NCBI GenBank assembly: GCA_964363965.1
Contig: CAYIKH010000001.1
Span: 727-64,726, forward strand
DNA length: 64,000 nt
Direction of reading: 5' to 3'
Source of the DNA: an uncultured Candidatus Saccharibacteria bacterium
GTDB taxonomy: Bacteria; Patescibacteriota; Minisyncoccia; Sungbacterales; SURF-37
Shown here: positions 8,788-18,629 of the stretch, piece by piece
Numbering within the stretch: position 1 is the first letter of the stretch
Layout: the number at the start of each line of letters is the position of its first letter
Translations under genes and position numbers: made by a program
The notes under the pieces: model-generated
The model's database searches: none
The model's input: only the letters and a program-made list of their open reading frames with translations
What the model was told of the DNA's origin: nothing

Positions 8788-10749
8788 TTGTTCATGTTTA
8801 CCCTGCTGATATTGAGTCTTTTTTTCGCCGCCACCCTTGCTTTCGGATGCGTTGTTGCCGCTGTTTTTTTGCCGAGCTCCGAACGGCGTTGGTACGTTGT
8901 GGCGCCGATCGTGCTCATTATTGGCCTGAACGGCTACGTAATGATCCTGAACCTCGTTGCATATTTGGTCCCTGTCCAGCGCGCGTTCTGGGTGGTGCTT
9001 ACGGGGATGAGTTTGGCCGCAGCGGCGGGATTGATGGCGATGCGGCGCCGGAAAACATCCCTGATTGCGCCGGATGACTTGAAACCTCGCCAACGGCAAT
9101 TCCTCGTGTTCACGACATTCGTTGTCATGCTCCTTGCCGGGTTCGTTTCCTACCTCACACTTGGAGATGATATCTATCTCGTGAATATGCCGCTTGCATC
9201 AACCATCAGCGAGGGAAACTTCCCCGTGCTCGATCCATCCGATCCGAGTTTTCGCGTCGCCTACCATTACGGGCCCGACCTGCTCATCGCGGCCCTTCAC
9301 CGTACGGCCCATATACCGCTCTGGCTCGGCTATGATATTCAAACCTTCCTTTTCATTGGTGCGGCGTTCCTCATGGCGTTTGCCCTCGCGCGTTCCGTTG
9401 TTTTGCGTTTCCGGAGCGCGTTCCTTGCCGCATTGCTGATGCTCTATGGGAGCGGCCTCGTCTGGATGAAGGGGTTCCACGGCATTGCCGTATTTTGGCA
9501 AAAATTAAGCGGCGGAAGCGCCGGCCCGGCCCCATGGAAATTCTTTGCCGACATGGCATTTCCTAATTTTGATTCGAGCATTGCGGCCACCACGAGCCAT
9601 ACCGTTATCATGGGCATGCCAATCGTCCTGCTCGTGTTGTATCTCTATAACCAGGCCATTGACGCCGAGCGCGATGCTTGGCTTCGGCCGACACTGCTTG
9701 CTGGCGTGCTTTACGGCTACACCGCTTTCATAGTCGAAACGCATTTCATCGTGATGTTCGCGGCATTTATCGGCATGCTGTTTCTCGAGGGAACGCGGTA
9801 CCTCTGGTCCGGGCGGCCTGCCGCTCGGCGCGATCAACTTCTGCGCCTTGCCGGCGTTACGGGTATTGTCATCGTCGTCGCCCTGCCCCTCGCATTTCTC
9901 CAGGGCGGGATACTCACGACCGTGAGCGATCCCGGCGCGACGCATCGATTCGAGCTGGTCAAACATTTTTGGAGCCAAGGCATTACCGATAAGCAGGTGC
10001 TTCCGTTCCGCTGGGCATTCTTCCAGGACTTCGGTTTGCCCCTTATCTTGTTTCTCCCCGCCCTTTATTTTTTCCGGAATGATCGGCGCGTTCAGTTCAT
10101 TGCGCTTATCGCCCTCGGAGCATTCCTGGTGCCGCTCCTTATCCGCTACACGCCATCACCCCGGGAAATGGAACGGCTTTTCGGTTTTGCGACACCGCTC
10201 TTTGCGTTTCTTGCCGGTCTTTTTCTTTCGGAGGTCGCTGCGGCATTCACGCTCAATCGTCATAGAAAAATGATCTCGTTCGCATTGCTTCTCCCCATCT
10301 TTGCCATGGTTGGCACCGCTCTTGCGGCCCAGGCCTTCGGTATTGCGTACCCGCTTGTGCGGCCCCAGGGCAGACATTATATGCTTGCCGCCGTTCCTCC
10401 CGAAGTTCCGGCAATTGACCAGAAGGCCTACGTCTGGATTCGGGAGCACACCATCCTTCAGGATTGGTTTTTCCCCTACAGTCAGGATTTTATCCGGGAA
10501 GTCGGGCGCTTCACTCCCGGGCCGTATTTTCCGGGCGTGACTCGGCCGAGTGTCATTACTGACTACGAGGAGGCCGTTCGTTCATGCAGTCGCGAGTCGT
10601 TTGCAAAACTCGGGGTTACCTACCTCTACGTTTCACCGCGGTTTCCGATCGCCGATTTTAAAATCCGGTGTCTGCCGAATCTTCACGCGACTCCGCTCTA
10701 TCAAGATGGTGTGGGCCCAGAAATGCGGAGCGTGTATCGGCTTGAATAA
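8788..10749 (+). CDS. Large polytopic membrane protein with C-terminal soluble domain; candidate GT-C-type glycosyltransferase
   Basis: 653 aa with more than 10 predicted hydrophobic helices, then a ~150-aa non-hydrophobic tail. No motif was confidently assigned. Confidence 0.45.
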   Translation: MFMFTLLILSLFFAATLAFGCVVAAVFLPSSERRWYVVAPIVLIIGLNGYVMILNLVAYLVPVQRAFWVVLTGMSLAAAAGLMAMRRRKTSLIAPDDLKPRQRQFLVFTTFVVMLLAGFVSYLTLGDDIYLVNMPLASTISEGNFPVLDPSDPSFRVAYHYGPDLLIAALHRTAHIPLWLGYDIQTFLFIGAAFLMAFALARSVVLRFRSAFLAALLMLYGSGLVWMKGFHGIAVFWQKLSGGSAGPAPWKFFADMAFPNFDSSIAATTSHTVIMGMPIVLLVLYLYNQAIDAERDAWLRPTLLAGVLYGYTAFIVETHFIVMFAAFIGMLFLEGTRYLWSGRPAARRDQLLRLAGVTGIVIVVALPLAFLQGGILTTVSDPGATHRFELVKHFWSQGITDKQVLPFRWAFFQDFGLPLILFLPALYFFRNDRRVQFIALIALGAFLVPLLIRYTPSPREMERLFGFATPLFAFLAGLFLSEVAAAFTLNRHRKMISFALLLPIFAMVGTALAAQAFGIAYPLVRPQGRHYMLAAVPPEVPAIDQKAYVWIREHTILQDWFFPYSQDFIREVGRFTPGPYFPGVTRPSVITDYEEAVRSCSRESFAKLGVTYLYVSPRFPIADFKIRCLPNLHATPLYQDGVGPEMRSVYRLE

Positions 10750-10905
10750 ATCAGCGAGAGGCTCAATAAAAAGAGCCGCGATCGTGCGGTTCGTGTTGGT
10801 CTGCGTCTGGCCGAGGGCCTTGGCTCCGTTACGATTGGCCCGGAGTGCGTTTCAGCTCGGAACGAGGAGGGGATCGGGATATGACCAGCGAGGAAATCGA
10901 GCATC

Positions 10906-11283
10906 TTGCCGAGTGGCTTAGGTATTATGGAGTTCCTGGCGTGCTACGCCTCGAGCTTATCGGTGGACGCCGCAAGGTTTGACAAGCTGGTCATAAATGT
11001 GGCTTTCGAGATTTCGCCGCCGCGCCTTGCCTGCAAAGCCCCGTCGCGGCTCTACGGCTTGAATCATTACAAAAAAGCGTTGAAAGTAGAGGGCGTTCGT
11101 CTTGTCCAGAGCCAGGAGGAATTGCTATTCTGGATTCATCGTTACCTTGATGATTCTGCTCTTGATAGGGAAGGGCGGCGGCGGCTTGTCCAGGCGCAGT
11201 GCTGGCAGACCGACGGCCGCGCCGTAGAGCGGATAGCCCGACGCATCCTGCGTGCTGCAGGTGTCATAACTCAAGCGTCATAA
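10906..11283 (+). pseudogene. 3' remnant of a TagF-like transferase paralogue
   Basis: The 125 aa align with the last ~125 residues of the proteins at 24722, 26128 and 36906 (for example YASSLSVDAARFDKLVINV and HYKKALKVEGVRLVQSQEELLFWIHRYLDDSALDREGRRRL match paralogue 2). No N-terminal ~330 aa is present upstream in any frame. Confidence 0.6.
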
Positions 11284-11302
11284 TAAGGGATGCGGACGCG
11301 TC

Positions 11303-13210
11303 ATGAACGCAATGTTTCAGTTGCGACTAAAATTTCCGTGGTGGTTGTGGCTGGCCGGCCTCGCTTTTTTGGTCGGCGCACTACACCTCGCGCCGAGCTT
11401 GTTCATCAAGGCCGCCATTGAGCGCATTGGGGGCTTGTATCTCCTTCCGCAAGTTGTCCATCCCACCCATTCCGACAGCGTCATGTGGTATGTTCCGGCG
11501 AGCCGCGAAGTGGCCGAAGGCCACCTCGTGCCATCGGACATCTATATTCCTACAAACAAGCGGCTTCCCTTTTTCCTCCCTCCGTTGCCGCTCATTTTCT
11601 TCGGCGCGCTCATCGCCCTTGCCGGAGATGCAAATTACGCCTACCTCGCGGCTTTGTTTGTATTTCCCGTAATCACGTTTTTCCTTTTCTATTGGCTGGG
11701 TCGGTTGTTCTTGGCATCGCGCCTTGGCAGCGCGGCGTTTGCCCTGGTCGGGACCTTAACGCCCGTGGCTCTCGCCTACCTGGGGCGAACCACGGAAACG
11801 CTGCAGCTTACCCCGCTCATAACCCTGAAGAGTTTTCTCCCGTTCGTCAGGACGCCCATTCCCGAACTCTATCTTTCGCGGATTACCGAGCCGCTTCTGA
11901 CCATTCCGCTCCTCATCCTGGGTTTCGGGTTTCTCTGGCGCTTTTGGATCCAGCCCTCGCCGCGGCGCGGGGCGCTCGCCGGCGGCGCGATGGCTTTGAC
12001 ACTCTACACGTATCTGCATTACTTTGCGTTCCTGGCGGGGTTCGGCGCAGTGCTCTTTTGTTTTTCGTTTGCGGTATCGCGCGAGCGCGCGAATCTCCGG
12101 GTATGGGCGATTTTCTTCGGCGCGATGGCCATCGGTATTCTGCCGTTTCTTTTCAATTACCTCGAACTCCGCGCTCTCCCGCAGTTCGGCGATTGGGCCG
12201 CTCGTTTGAGCGGGGCGTTTGAGCGCTGGCGCGGCATCCGCCTCTCGGCCTGGCGCGACTACATCCTCTACGCTATTCTCGCGATACCGCTGATACCGCT
12301 TTGGCGGCGCGACCGCAGATTGGCGATGTTCTTCGGGGCGGCTCTGGTTGCGATGGTGATGCTGTGGAATATTCAAATCGTCACCGGTTTTTCCATCATC
12401 CCGACGCACTGGCATAAGGCCTTTGGCGTCCCGCTCTATACCCTGGTGGCCGTTGAGCTCGCCTACGCGGCGGCCTCGATCAGCCAACATCCGCGTTGGC
12501 GCGTTAGGCGCCGGGCCATCGCGGCTGGTTTGACGGTTCTCCTCGTTTTCCTCGTTGCCAAGCGCATCATGAATGCCGCGGCTTACCTCTATCCCGACCG
12601 GCGTACCATGGCCGCCTTTTCGTTCCCAGCCGAGATTTACGATTCATGGCAGTGGCTGAATCAAAATGTTCCTTCCGAATCAGTGGTCCTCTCGACGTCC
12701 TATGTAACGTCGCTCTATCTCGCGGGTTATACGGACACGAATCACTACTTGCCGTTCGGCGACCTGACCCTGACTTCACGCCGCGATCTTGAGGAGCGAT
12801 TCCTTACCGCCCACAAGCTCTTCGGCGTTCCGGAAGAGCGGGTGCGCTTGCTCCTCCGCGGCAAGTACTATCCGCCCACGATATGCGATGTCGGCGGCGA
12901 GTGCGGCAACGAGCATAGCGAGCGAAATCTCCTGCGCGTGCCCCAGATGCTCTACAACGGCGCGTTCGATCCACGGCAGCACGGCCAGGATCAGCTTGAG
13001 CTTTCTTACGAGCCGCTGATTCCGCTTGCGGTGATTGATGATCTTATGGGACGCTACGAAAACGCCCGGCCCGATTGGAAGGATTTCCGGGGCGACTATG
13101 TCTACTATGGCCCGTGGGAGCGCGAGATTCATTCGGTCAACCTTAAGACCAATCCTCGCCTTGAGCTCTTGTATAATCGGGGCGGGGTTGAGATTTACAA
13201 GGTGAGGTAA
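11303..13210 (+). CDS. Large polytopic membrane protein with C-terminal soluble domain; candidate GT-C-type glycosyltransferase
   Basis: 635 aa with more than 10 hydrophobic helices and a C-terminal soluble domain. It sits next to the DPM1-like GT2. Confidence 0.45.
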   Translation: MNAMFQLRLKFPWWLWLAGLAFLVGALHLAPSLFIKAAIERIGGLYLLPQVVHPTHSDSVMWYVPASREVAEGHLVPSDIYIPTNKRLPFFLPPLPLIFFGALIALAGDANYAYLAALFVFPVITFFLFYWLGRLFLASRLGSAAFALVGTLTPVALAYLGRTTETLQLTPLITLKSFLPFVRTPIPELYLSRITEPLLTIPLLILGFGFLWRFWIQPSPRRGALAGGAMALTLYTYLHYFAFLAGFGAVLFCFSFAVSRERANLRVWAIFFGAMAIGILPFLFNYLELRALPQFGDWAARLSGAFERWRGIRLSAWRDYILYAILAIPLIPLWRRDRRLAMFFGAALVAMVMLWNIQIVTGFSIIPTHWHKAFGVPLYTLVAVELAYAAASISQHPRWRVRRRAIAAGLTVLLVFLVAKRIMNAAAYLYPDRRTMAAFSFPAEIYDSWQWLNQNVPSESVVLSTSYVTSLYLAGYTDTNHYLPFGDLTLTSRRDLEERFLTAHKLFGVPEERVRLLLRGKYYPPTICDVGGECGNEHSERNLLRVPQMLYNGAFDPRQHGQDQLELSYEPLIPLAVIDDLMGRYENARPDWKDFRGDYVYYGPWEREIHSVNLKTNPRLELLYNRGGVEIYKVR

Positions 13211-13227
13211 AGCAAATATTAGCCATC

Positions 13228-13986
13228 ATGTGGAACGGCAAAACCGTATCCGTGGTGCTAACCAGCTACCGAGAGAAGGACTCCATCCGCGAGGTTATCG
13301 AAGGTTTTTTTGCCACCGGCGTTGTGGATGAAGTAGTGGTAGTGGATAACAATGCCGAGCCGGGAAGCGTAGAGGAAGTCCGGAAAACGCGCGCCCGCCT
13401 CGTCTTCGAAAAAAAACAAGGACACGGTTATGCTTTGCAGGCCGGTATGAGGGAGTCGAGCGGCGACTACATAATTCTTTGCGAGGCCGACGGCACGTTC
13501 CAGCCGCGCGACGTAAGGATATTTCTGGTCTATGCCGAGGCGTTTCCGGTGGTTTTCGGCACCCGCACCAACAAAAGCATGATTGGCGCCGGTACGGGGA
13601 TGTTTTTCTTGCGGCGTATTGCAGATGTCATCGAGGCGAAGTTCATCGAGTATTTCTTCTGGACGTCGAACCTCACCGACATCGGCTGCACCTACAAGCT
13701 CCTCCGTCGCGAGGTGGTTGAGTTCCTCGAGCCCAAGTGGATCAAGGGCGACTCCCATTTCGTCACCGAGATTACTCTGCAGATTGCCGCAGCGAAAATT
13801 CCCTTCGTCGAAATTCCCGTCACCTTCCGGAAGCGCGTGGGCAAGTCGCTCGTTACTGGGAATTTCGTGAAGATCGCGACGTGGGGCATCAAGCTTTTCC
13901 TCTTTATCTGGCTATTCTGGTTTCGATGGCTACTCTCTCGAAAAATGCGGAGTGTCCGATTTGCGGCAGGAGTTCCTCGCCGCTAA
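13228..13986 (+). CDS. GT2 glycosyltransferase, DPM1-like polyprenyl-phosphate sugar synthase with C-terminal TM
   Basis: VSVVLTSYREKDSI...VVVVDNNAEPGS...ILCEADGT, with a hydrophobic C-terminal helix. Confidence 0.75.
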   Translation: MWNGKTVSVVLTSYREKDSIREVIEGFFATGVVDEVVVVDNNAEPGSVEEVRKTRARLVFEKKQGHGYALQAGMRESSGDYIILCEADGTFQPRDVRIFLVYAEAFPVVFGTRTNKSMIGAGTGMFFLRRIADVIEAKFIEYFFWTSNLTDIGCTYKLLRREVVEFLEPKWIKGDSHFVTEITLQIAAAKIPFVEIPVTFRKRVGKSLVTGNFVKIATWGIKLFLFIWLFWFRWLLSRKMRSVRFAAGVPRR

Positions 13987-14852
13987 GTTCGCGGCGGTTT
14001 CCGAAGTTTGTCGCCTGCGCCCGGTGCGGCGGTTTTTTTCTGGCTGATCCTGCCGCGGTGGGGACAGAATATGATGATGAGTATTTCGAGGCCTCCGGCG
14101 CGCCAACGCTCGCGAGCCGCTTGGCGCGACCGATATTCAATTTCTTTCTCTACCTTCGTTTTCGGAAGGTGCGTTCATTCCTCGGGGAGGGGCGTGCTCG
14201 CGTACTCGATTACGGCGCGGGCTCGGGGGCGCTGGTCGGCTACCTTCGCGCACGCGGAATTGATGCCGTTGGCTATGACCCCTCGCCAGCGGCAGTTATG
14301 GCTGCCGTTTCGAAGGGCATCCCGGTTTCCCGCGACCTTCCGCCGGGGCCGTATGACCTCATTATGTTTTGGCATAGTTTGGAGCATAGCGATAGGCCAA
14401 AACAAGTTCTCGATGAGGCGCGCGGACTGTTCGCTCCCGGCGGGAAACTCCTCATCGCCGTTCCCAATGCGGCGAGTTGGGAAGCCCGCCTCGCCGGTGA
14501 ACGCTGGTTTCACTATGATTATCCGTTTCATCGGGTTCAATTTACTCCCACTGCGATTACCATGCTACTGGAGCGCATCGGCTTCCGTGCCCTCAGCATC
14601 GATTTCTTCAATCCTGAATATACTGTCTCAGGATTTTTACAAACCTTTCTTAACTTCCTTTTTCTAAAAAATGCGCTCTACACGGTGGTCAGCCACCGAC
14701 GGGCGAACGTGTCGCAACAGAAGGCGATGTTTTCGGCAATGGCGGGGTTGCTCTTCCTCGTGGTGTTCTCGCCGCTCATCGGCGCATTCTTTATTCTCGA
14801 ATTCATTTTTCATAAAACCGGGGCCATAATCGTTACCGCAGAGCGACTATGA
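13926..14852 (+). CDS. Class I SAM-dependent methyltransferase with N-terminal Cys4 motif
   Basis: CPICG...CARCG is followed by VLDYGAGSGAL and a C-terminal hydrophobic segment. The start at MATLSK overlaps the GT2 end, and the longer ORF frame begins at 13737. Confidence 0.65.
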   Translation: MATLSKNAECPICGRSSSPLSSRRFPKFVACARCGGFFLADPAAVGTEYDDEYFEASGAPTLASRLARPIFNFFLYLRFRKVRSFLGEGRARVLDYGAGSGALVGYLRARGIDAVGYDPSPAAVMAAVSKGIPVSRDLPPGPYDLIMFWHSLEHSDRPKQVLDEARGLFAPGGKLLIAVPNAASWEARLAGERWFHYDYPFHRVQFTPTAITMLLERIGFRALSIDFFNPEYTVSGFLQTFLNFLFLKNALYTVVSHRRANVSQQKAMFSAMAGLLFLVVFSPLIGAFFILEFIFHKTGAIIVTAERL

Positions 14853-14919
14853 ACATGGAGCTCCGCGCAGCAGACCTGCCCGCCGGCAGGCGGGGCTGCC
14901 CAGTATCTCCAGTTCACCC

Positions 14920-15076
14920 AGCACATAAATTTACATCCGTCTCTGTCAAGACATTGATTTTGTGCGCGGTGAACTTCATTTTACGTTTGAGACCGTTGCA
15001 AATTTATGTGCTGGGTTTATTTGTTTGTCGTCATTCATCCCCGCCCCGACCGCGGTCGGGGCGGGGTATTCTGGGC
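14920..15076. repeat. Long-range inverted repeat plus GC-rich perfect hairpin in a 340-bp intergenic region
   Basis: Arm 14920-14932 (agcacataaattt) is the reverse complement of 15000-15012 (aaatttatgtgct). Separately, 15049-15076 is ccccgccccgacc-gc-ggtcggggcgggg, a 13-bp perfect stem. Confidence 0.6.
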
Positions 15077-15191
15077 AAACAAATAATCACTGGCAAAGAA
15101 GTTGCACGCTGCGTTTTCGTGCGCTAAGCTTGGAAATTGAGTGCAAGCCGTATGACTGGTCTTTCTTAGGATTTACGGTGAGTCACAAACT

Positions 15192-16253
15192 ATGGAAATA
15201 GATGCAGCGGTTTTAGATGCGATGATGGCGGAGCTTGAGCAGGCTCCGCGGCTCTGGCGTCCCTCCGCTTTCTGGGAGCGACTGAGCCGGATTCACGCCG
15301 AGCGCATTGCCAAGGTCGGCCTTTTGAATTTCAAACGCTCGATAAATCTGAAATATTTTAACTGGCGTATCAGCGCAATTCTGGCACATCAACTCTGGCC
15401 GGTGGCGGCGGAGCTTGTCCGCGGGAATTTTTCTCCGTTCCTCCATGCCGAATTTCCAGGCTACGCGCCACAGCCAGAGGTATGGACCAAGGGGTTCAAT
15501 TCTTTTTCGGCCTATATCTACAAAGTGTTCGTGGCCATGTTTGCGGATTACGTGTCGCGGCGTGACGTCCTTCGTCTTCTTGAAGTCGTCGAGGAACCAG
15601 AGCTCGGAAATCCCTTCTCAATAATCTATCGCGGGCGGCGCATCTCACAGGACCTCCTTAATTCCATACTTGAGTTCTACAGCGCAACGGAAGACATAGA
15701 TCCGCGAGGCAAGATTGGTTCCGCCGCCGAGATCGGGGCCGGTTATGGTCGCCTGGCTTACGCGTTTATGAAAGCGCTCCCGAGAGCGACGTATTGCATC
15801 GTAGATATCCCGCCAGCGCTCTTTGTTTCCCAGACATACCTTTCGCAGATATTTCCCGGAGAGCGTATATTCCGCTTCCGCCCCTTCGGCTCTTTCGGTG
15901 AGGTCCGGCAGGAGTTCGAATCCTCCCGCATCCGTTTCCTTATGGCTCATCAGATTGAGCTTTTACCGCCGAAATATTTTGATCTCATCTTGAATGTGAG
16001 CTCGCTCCATGAGATGACGCGCGACCAGATTGCAAACTACATCCGCTCTGTCGAGCGGATCGGACGGCGCCATTTTTATACCAAACAGTGGAAGAGGTCT
16101 CATGCGCGGGATAACAACTTTATTACGGAGCATGAATATCCGATTCCCGCAGGGTGGCAGATGGTCCACCATCGTACTCACCCCGTACAGCGCCCGTTCT
16201 TCGAGGCCCTCTACCGTGCTCGCGCGGTACGGGAGACCGACAAGTCCGTTTAA
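15192..16253 (+). CDS. Putative SAM-dependent (sugar O-)methyltransferase, paralogue A
   Basis: 353 aa with the glycine-rich EIGAGYGRLAY motif. It is ~70% identical to the protein at 20651..21700. Confidence 0.55.
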   Translation: MEIDAAVLDAMMAELEQAPRLWRPSAFWERLSRIHAERIAKVGLLNFKRSINLKYFNWRISAILAHQLWPVAAELVRGNFSPFLHAEFPGYAPQPEVWTKGFNSFSAYIYKVFVAMFADYVSRRDVLRLLEVVEEPELGNPFSIIYRGRRISQDLLNSILEFYSATEDIDPRGKIGSAAEIGAGYGRLAYAFMKALPRATYCIVDIPPALFVSQTYLSQIFPGERIFRFRPFGSFGEVRQEFESSRIRFLMAHQIELLPPKYFDLILNVSSLHEMTRDQIANYIRSVERIGRRHFYTKQWKRSHARDNNFITEHEYPIPAGWQMVHHRTHPVQRPFFEALYRARAVRETDKSV

Positions 16254-16316
16254 TCTCATGATTTGGGAGTTGCTGTTTCGGCGGACCGGTGCTATGGTAG
16301 TCACTGCCGAATTTCT

Positions 16317-17543
16317 ATGAGGACCAACCTTGCTTGCCGCATCTGCAGGAGCGATAAGTTGCGCGAATTTTTAAATCTCGGCGAACATCCCCTGGCCAAC
16401 GCCCTAGTCTCCAGAGAAAAGCTGGCAGAACCGGAGATGAGATACCCCCTGCGGGTTCTCTTTTGCCAAGAATGCGGCCTTTCGCAGCTCGGTGAGGTGA
16501 TAAGTCCGAAAATACTCTTCCGGGATTACGTCTATCTCACTTCCGGCATGCCTCGAGTTTCGGAGCACTTCCGAAATTACGCCAACGACATTGTTGATCG
16601 TTTTTCCAGGCCGGGAGGCCTGGTGGTAGAAATCGGATCAAACGATGGCATTCTCCTTGCGGCGGTCAAGGAGCGCGGAACACGCGTCTTGGGCATTGAC
16701 CCGGCTTTGAACATTGCCAAGGTGGCCAACGACCGGGGGGTTGAGACCATTCCCGATTTCTTTAGTCAGCATCTCGCTACTGACATCGCACGAAAGTATG
16801 GCCAAGCTGATGTTGTGATAGGAAATAATGTAGTTGCCCACATTGACGACCACCACGATCTCCTTCGGGGAGTGATAACCTTTTTGAAGCCGGACGGCGC
16901 TTTCATTTTTGAAGCTCCATATCTCCTGGATATGTTTGAGCGCTTGGCCTTTGATAGCATCTACCACGAGCACCTCTCCTACCTCTCCATTCGTCCGCTC
17001 CGGCGACTTATGCAGGATCACGAGATGGAGATATTTGATGTCAGGATGTTCCCGGTGCAGGGGGAATCAATTCGTGTCTTTGCCGGTCTTGCCGGGAAGC
17101 ATGCCATCATGCCGAGCGTTGCGAAGTTTCTTGAATTAGAAGAGAAGAGCGGCCTTGATGATTTTGAAAGCTACCAGGAGCTTTCCTCACGCATCCAGCA
17201 ACTAAAATCAGAGGTCGTTTCAACCCTCCACGATTTTAAGCGTCAAGGCAAACGCATCGCCGGCTATGGCGCCCCGGCGCGCGGCAATACCATTTTGAAT
17301 TACTACGGTATAGGCCCGGACATGCTAGAGTATGCGACCGAGGAGTTGCCGACAAAGATTGGTCGCTTCACTCCGGGCACGCATATCCCCGTCATTCACG
17401 TCGAGGAATCGAGGAAGAACCCGCCGGATTATTATCTGCTGTTGGCGTGGAATTATCTTGATGCCGTGCTCGAAAAGGAACGGGCCTTTCGCGAGCGTGG
17501 CGGTAAATTCATTCTGCCGGTGGGGGAAACGCGTATCATGTAG
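16317..17543 (+). CDS. NDP-hexose C-methyltransferase (second paralogue)
   Basis: CRICRS...CQECG Zn motif, VVEIGSNDGILL, and the same architecture as 6407..7690. The ORF frame opens at 16263. Confidence 0.7.
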   Translation: MRTNLACRICRSDKLREFLNLGEHPLANALVSREKLAEPEMRYPLRVLFCQECGLSQLGEVISPKILFRDYVYLTSGMPRVSEHFRNYANDIVDRFSRPGGLVVEIGSNDGILLAAVKERGTRVLGIDPALNIAKVANDRGVETIPDFFSQHLATDIARKYGQADVVIGNNVVAHIDDHHDLLRGVITFLKPDGAFIFEAPYLLDMFERLAFDSIYHEHLSYLSIRPLRRLMQDHEMEIFDVRMFPVQGESIRVFAGLAGKHAIMPSVAKFLELEEKSGLDDFESYQELSSRIQQLKSEVVSTLHDFKRQGKRIAGYGAPARGNTILNYYGIGPDMLEYATEELPTKIGRFTPGTHIPVIHVEESRKNPPDYYLLLAWNYLDAVLEKERAFRERGGKFILPVGETRIM

Positions 17544-17557
17544 CATAATGCGCAAGT

Positions 17558-18622
17558 ATGGCGGAACCTCGGCGTAATTTCCAAAACATTCTTGTCTGCG
17601 GCGGGTCCGGCTTCATGGGCTCGCATTTTGTCAATCATCTCTATCATAAGTATCCGCAGTATAAAATTTTCAATCTTGATCTTCTAACCTACGCCGGCAA
17701 TAACGCCAATGTCCGGGATGTTGAGCTGCATAAGATCGGCCTTCCGCCGGATGACCAGCGTTATCATTTCATCCATGGTGATATCTGCGATCGAGATCTT
17801 CTTAATTCGCTTTTCAGCGCCAATCGCTTTGCCACAGTAATCAACTTTGCCGCCGAATCTCATGTTGATCGTTCCATCATTGACTCCCAGGATTTCATCC
17901 GTACCAACATCCAAGGAGTGCATACCCTATTGGAGATGACCAGGAAATACAGCATTCCTAAGTTCATCCAAATTTCAACTGATGAAATCTACGGCGATGT
18001 GCCGGACGGCTGCTCGCACGAGGAAAGCCCCATCCGGCCGTCCAATCCCTACTCGGCGTCAAAGGCCAGCGCCGACGTGCTGGTCCAGGCATTTATTCGT
18101 ACCCACCGCGCACCGGCCCTGATCGTGCGCGGGTCGAATAACTTCGGTCCGTATCAGTACCCCGAAAAATTGATCCCGCTCGCGATCACGAGTTACCTCG
18201 AGGGCGGGAAGATTCCGGTTCACGGCAACGGCCGGCACGTTCGCAGCTGGGTTTACGTAAAGGATTTCACGAATGCCGTTGACCTCGTGATGCACCACTC
18301 ACCTCTCTATTCAATCTGGAACATCGGCGGCATGCAAAAGACAAACCTGGAGGTCATTCACAAAATCGGGGAGCTCCTTGGCAAAGAGCCGTCCGGGCAC
18401 ATCGAGCACATCTCCGACCGACCGGGGGCCGACCTCCGCTATGCGCTTGACAGCGGGAAAATTCGCCGGGAGCTCGGCTGGCAGCCAGCCTACGATTTCG
18501 ACACCGCTCTTGCCGAGACCGTCGCGTGGTATCGCGACAATCCCCAGTGGTGGAAGGCGATTCGGGCATCGGATACCTTCCGGCGCCACTACGAGAAGCA
18601 GTCCAAAGCGCAGTATTACTAG
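17558..18622 (+). CDS. rfbB: dTDP-glucose 4,6-dehydratase family
   Basis: ILVCGGSGFMGSHFV and YSASKASAD (Y-x3-K) at a length typical of RfbB. NDP specificity cannot be proven from sequence. Confidence 0.8.
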   Translation: MAEPRRNFQNILVCGGSGFMGSHFVNHLYHKYPQYKIFNLDLLTYAGNNANVRDVELHKIGLPPDDQRYHFIHGDICDRDLLNSLFSANRFATVINFAAESHVDRSIIDSQDFIRTNIQGVHTLLEMTRKYSIPKFIQISTDEIYGDVPDGCSHEESPIRPSNPYSASKASADVLVQAFIRTHRAPALIVRGSNNFGPYQYPEKLIPLAITSYLEGGKIPVHGNGRHVRSWVYVKDFTNAVDLVMHHSPLYSIWNIGGMQKTNLEVIHKIGELLGKEPSGHIEHISDRPGADLRYALDSGKIRRELGWQPAYDFDTALAETVAWYRDNPQWWKAIRASDTFRRHYEKQSKAQYY

Positions 18623-18629
18623 GCTTAAT

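Noticed and set aside
10881-10982. A 33-aa ORF (MTSEEIEHLAEWLRYYGVPGVLRLELIGGRRKV) with a strong GGAGG RBS just upstream of the TagF-like remnant.
   Set aside because: It has no homology support. It is likely residual sequence from the decayed gene region and is not called as a gene, but it could be rechecked with proteomics.
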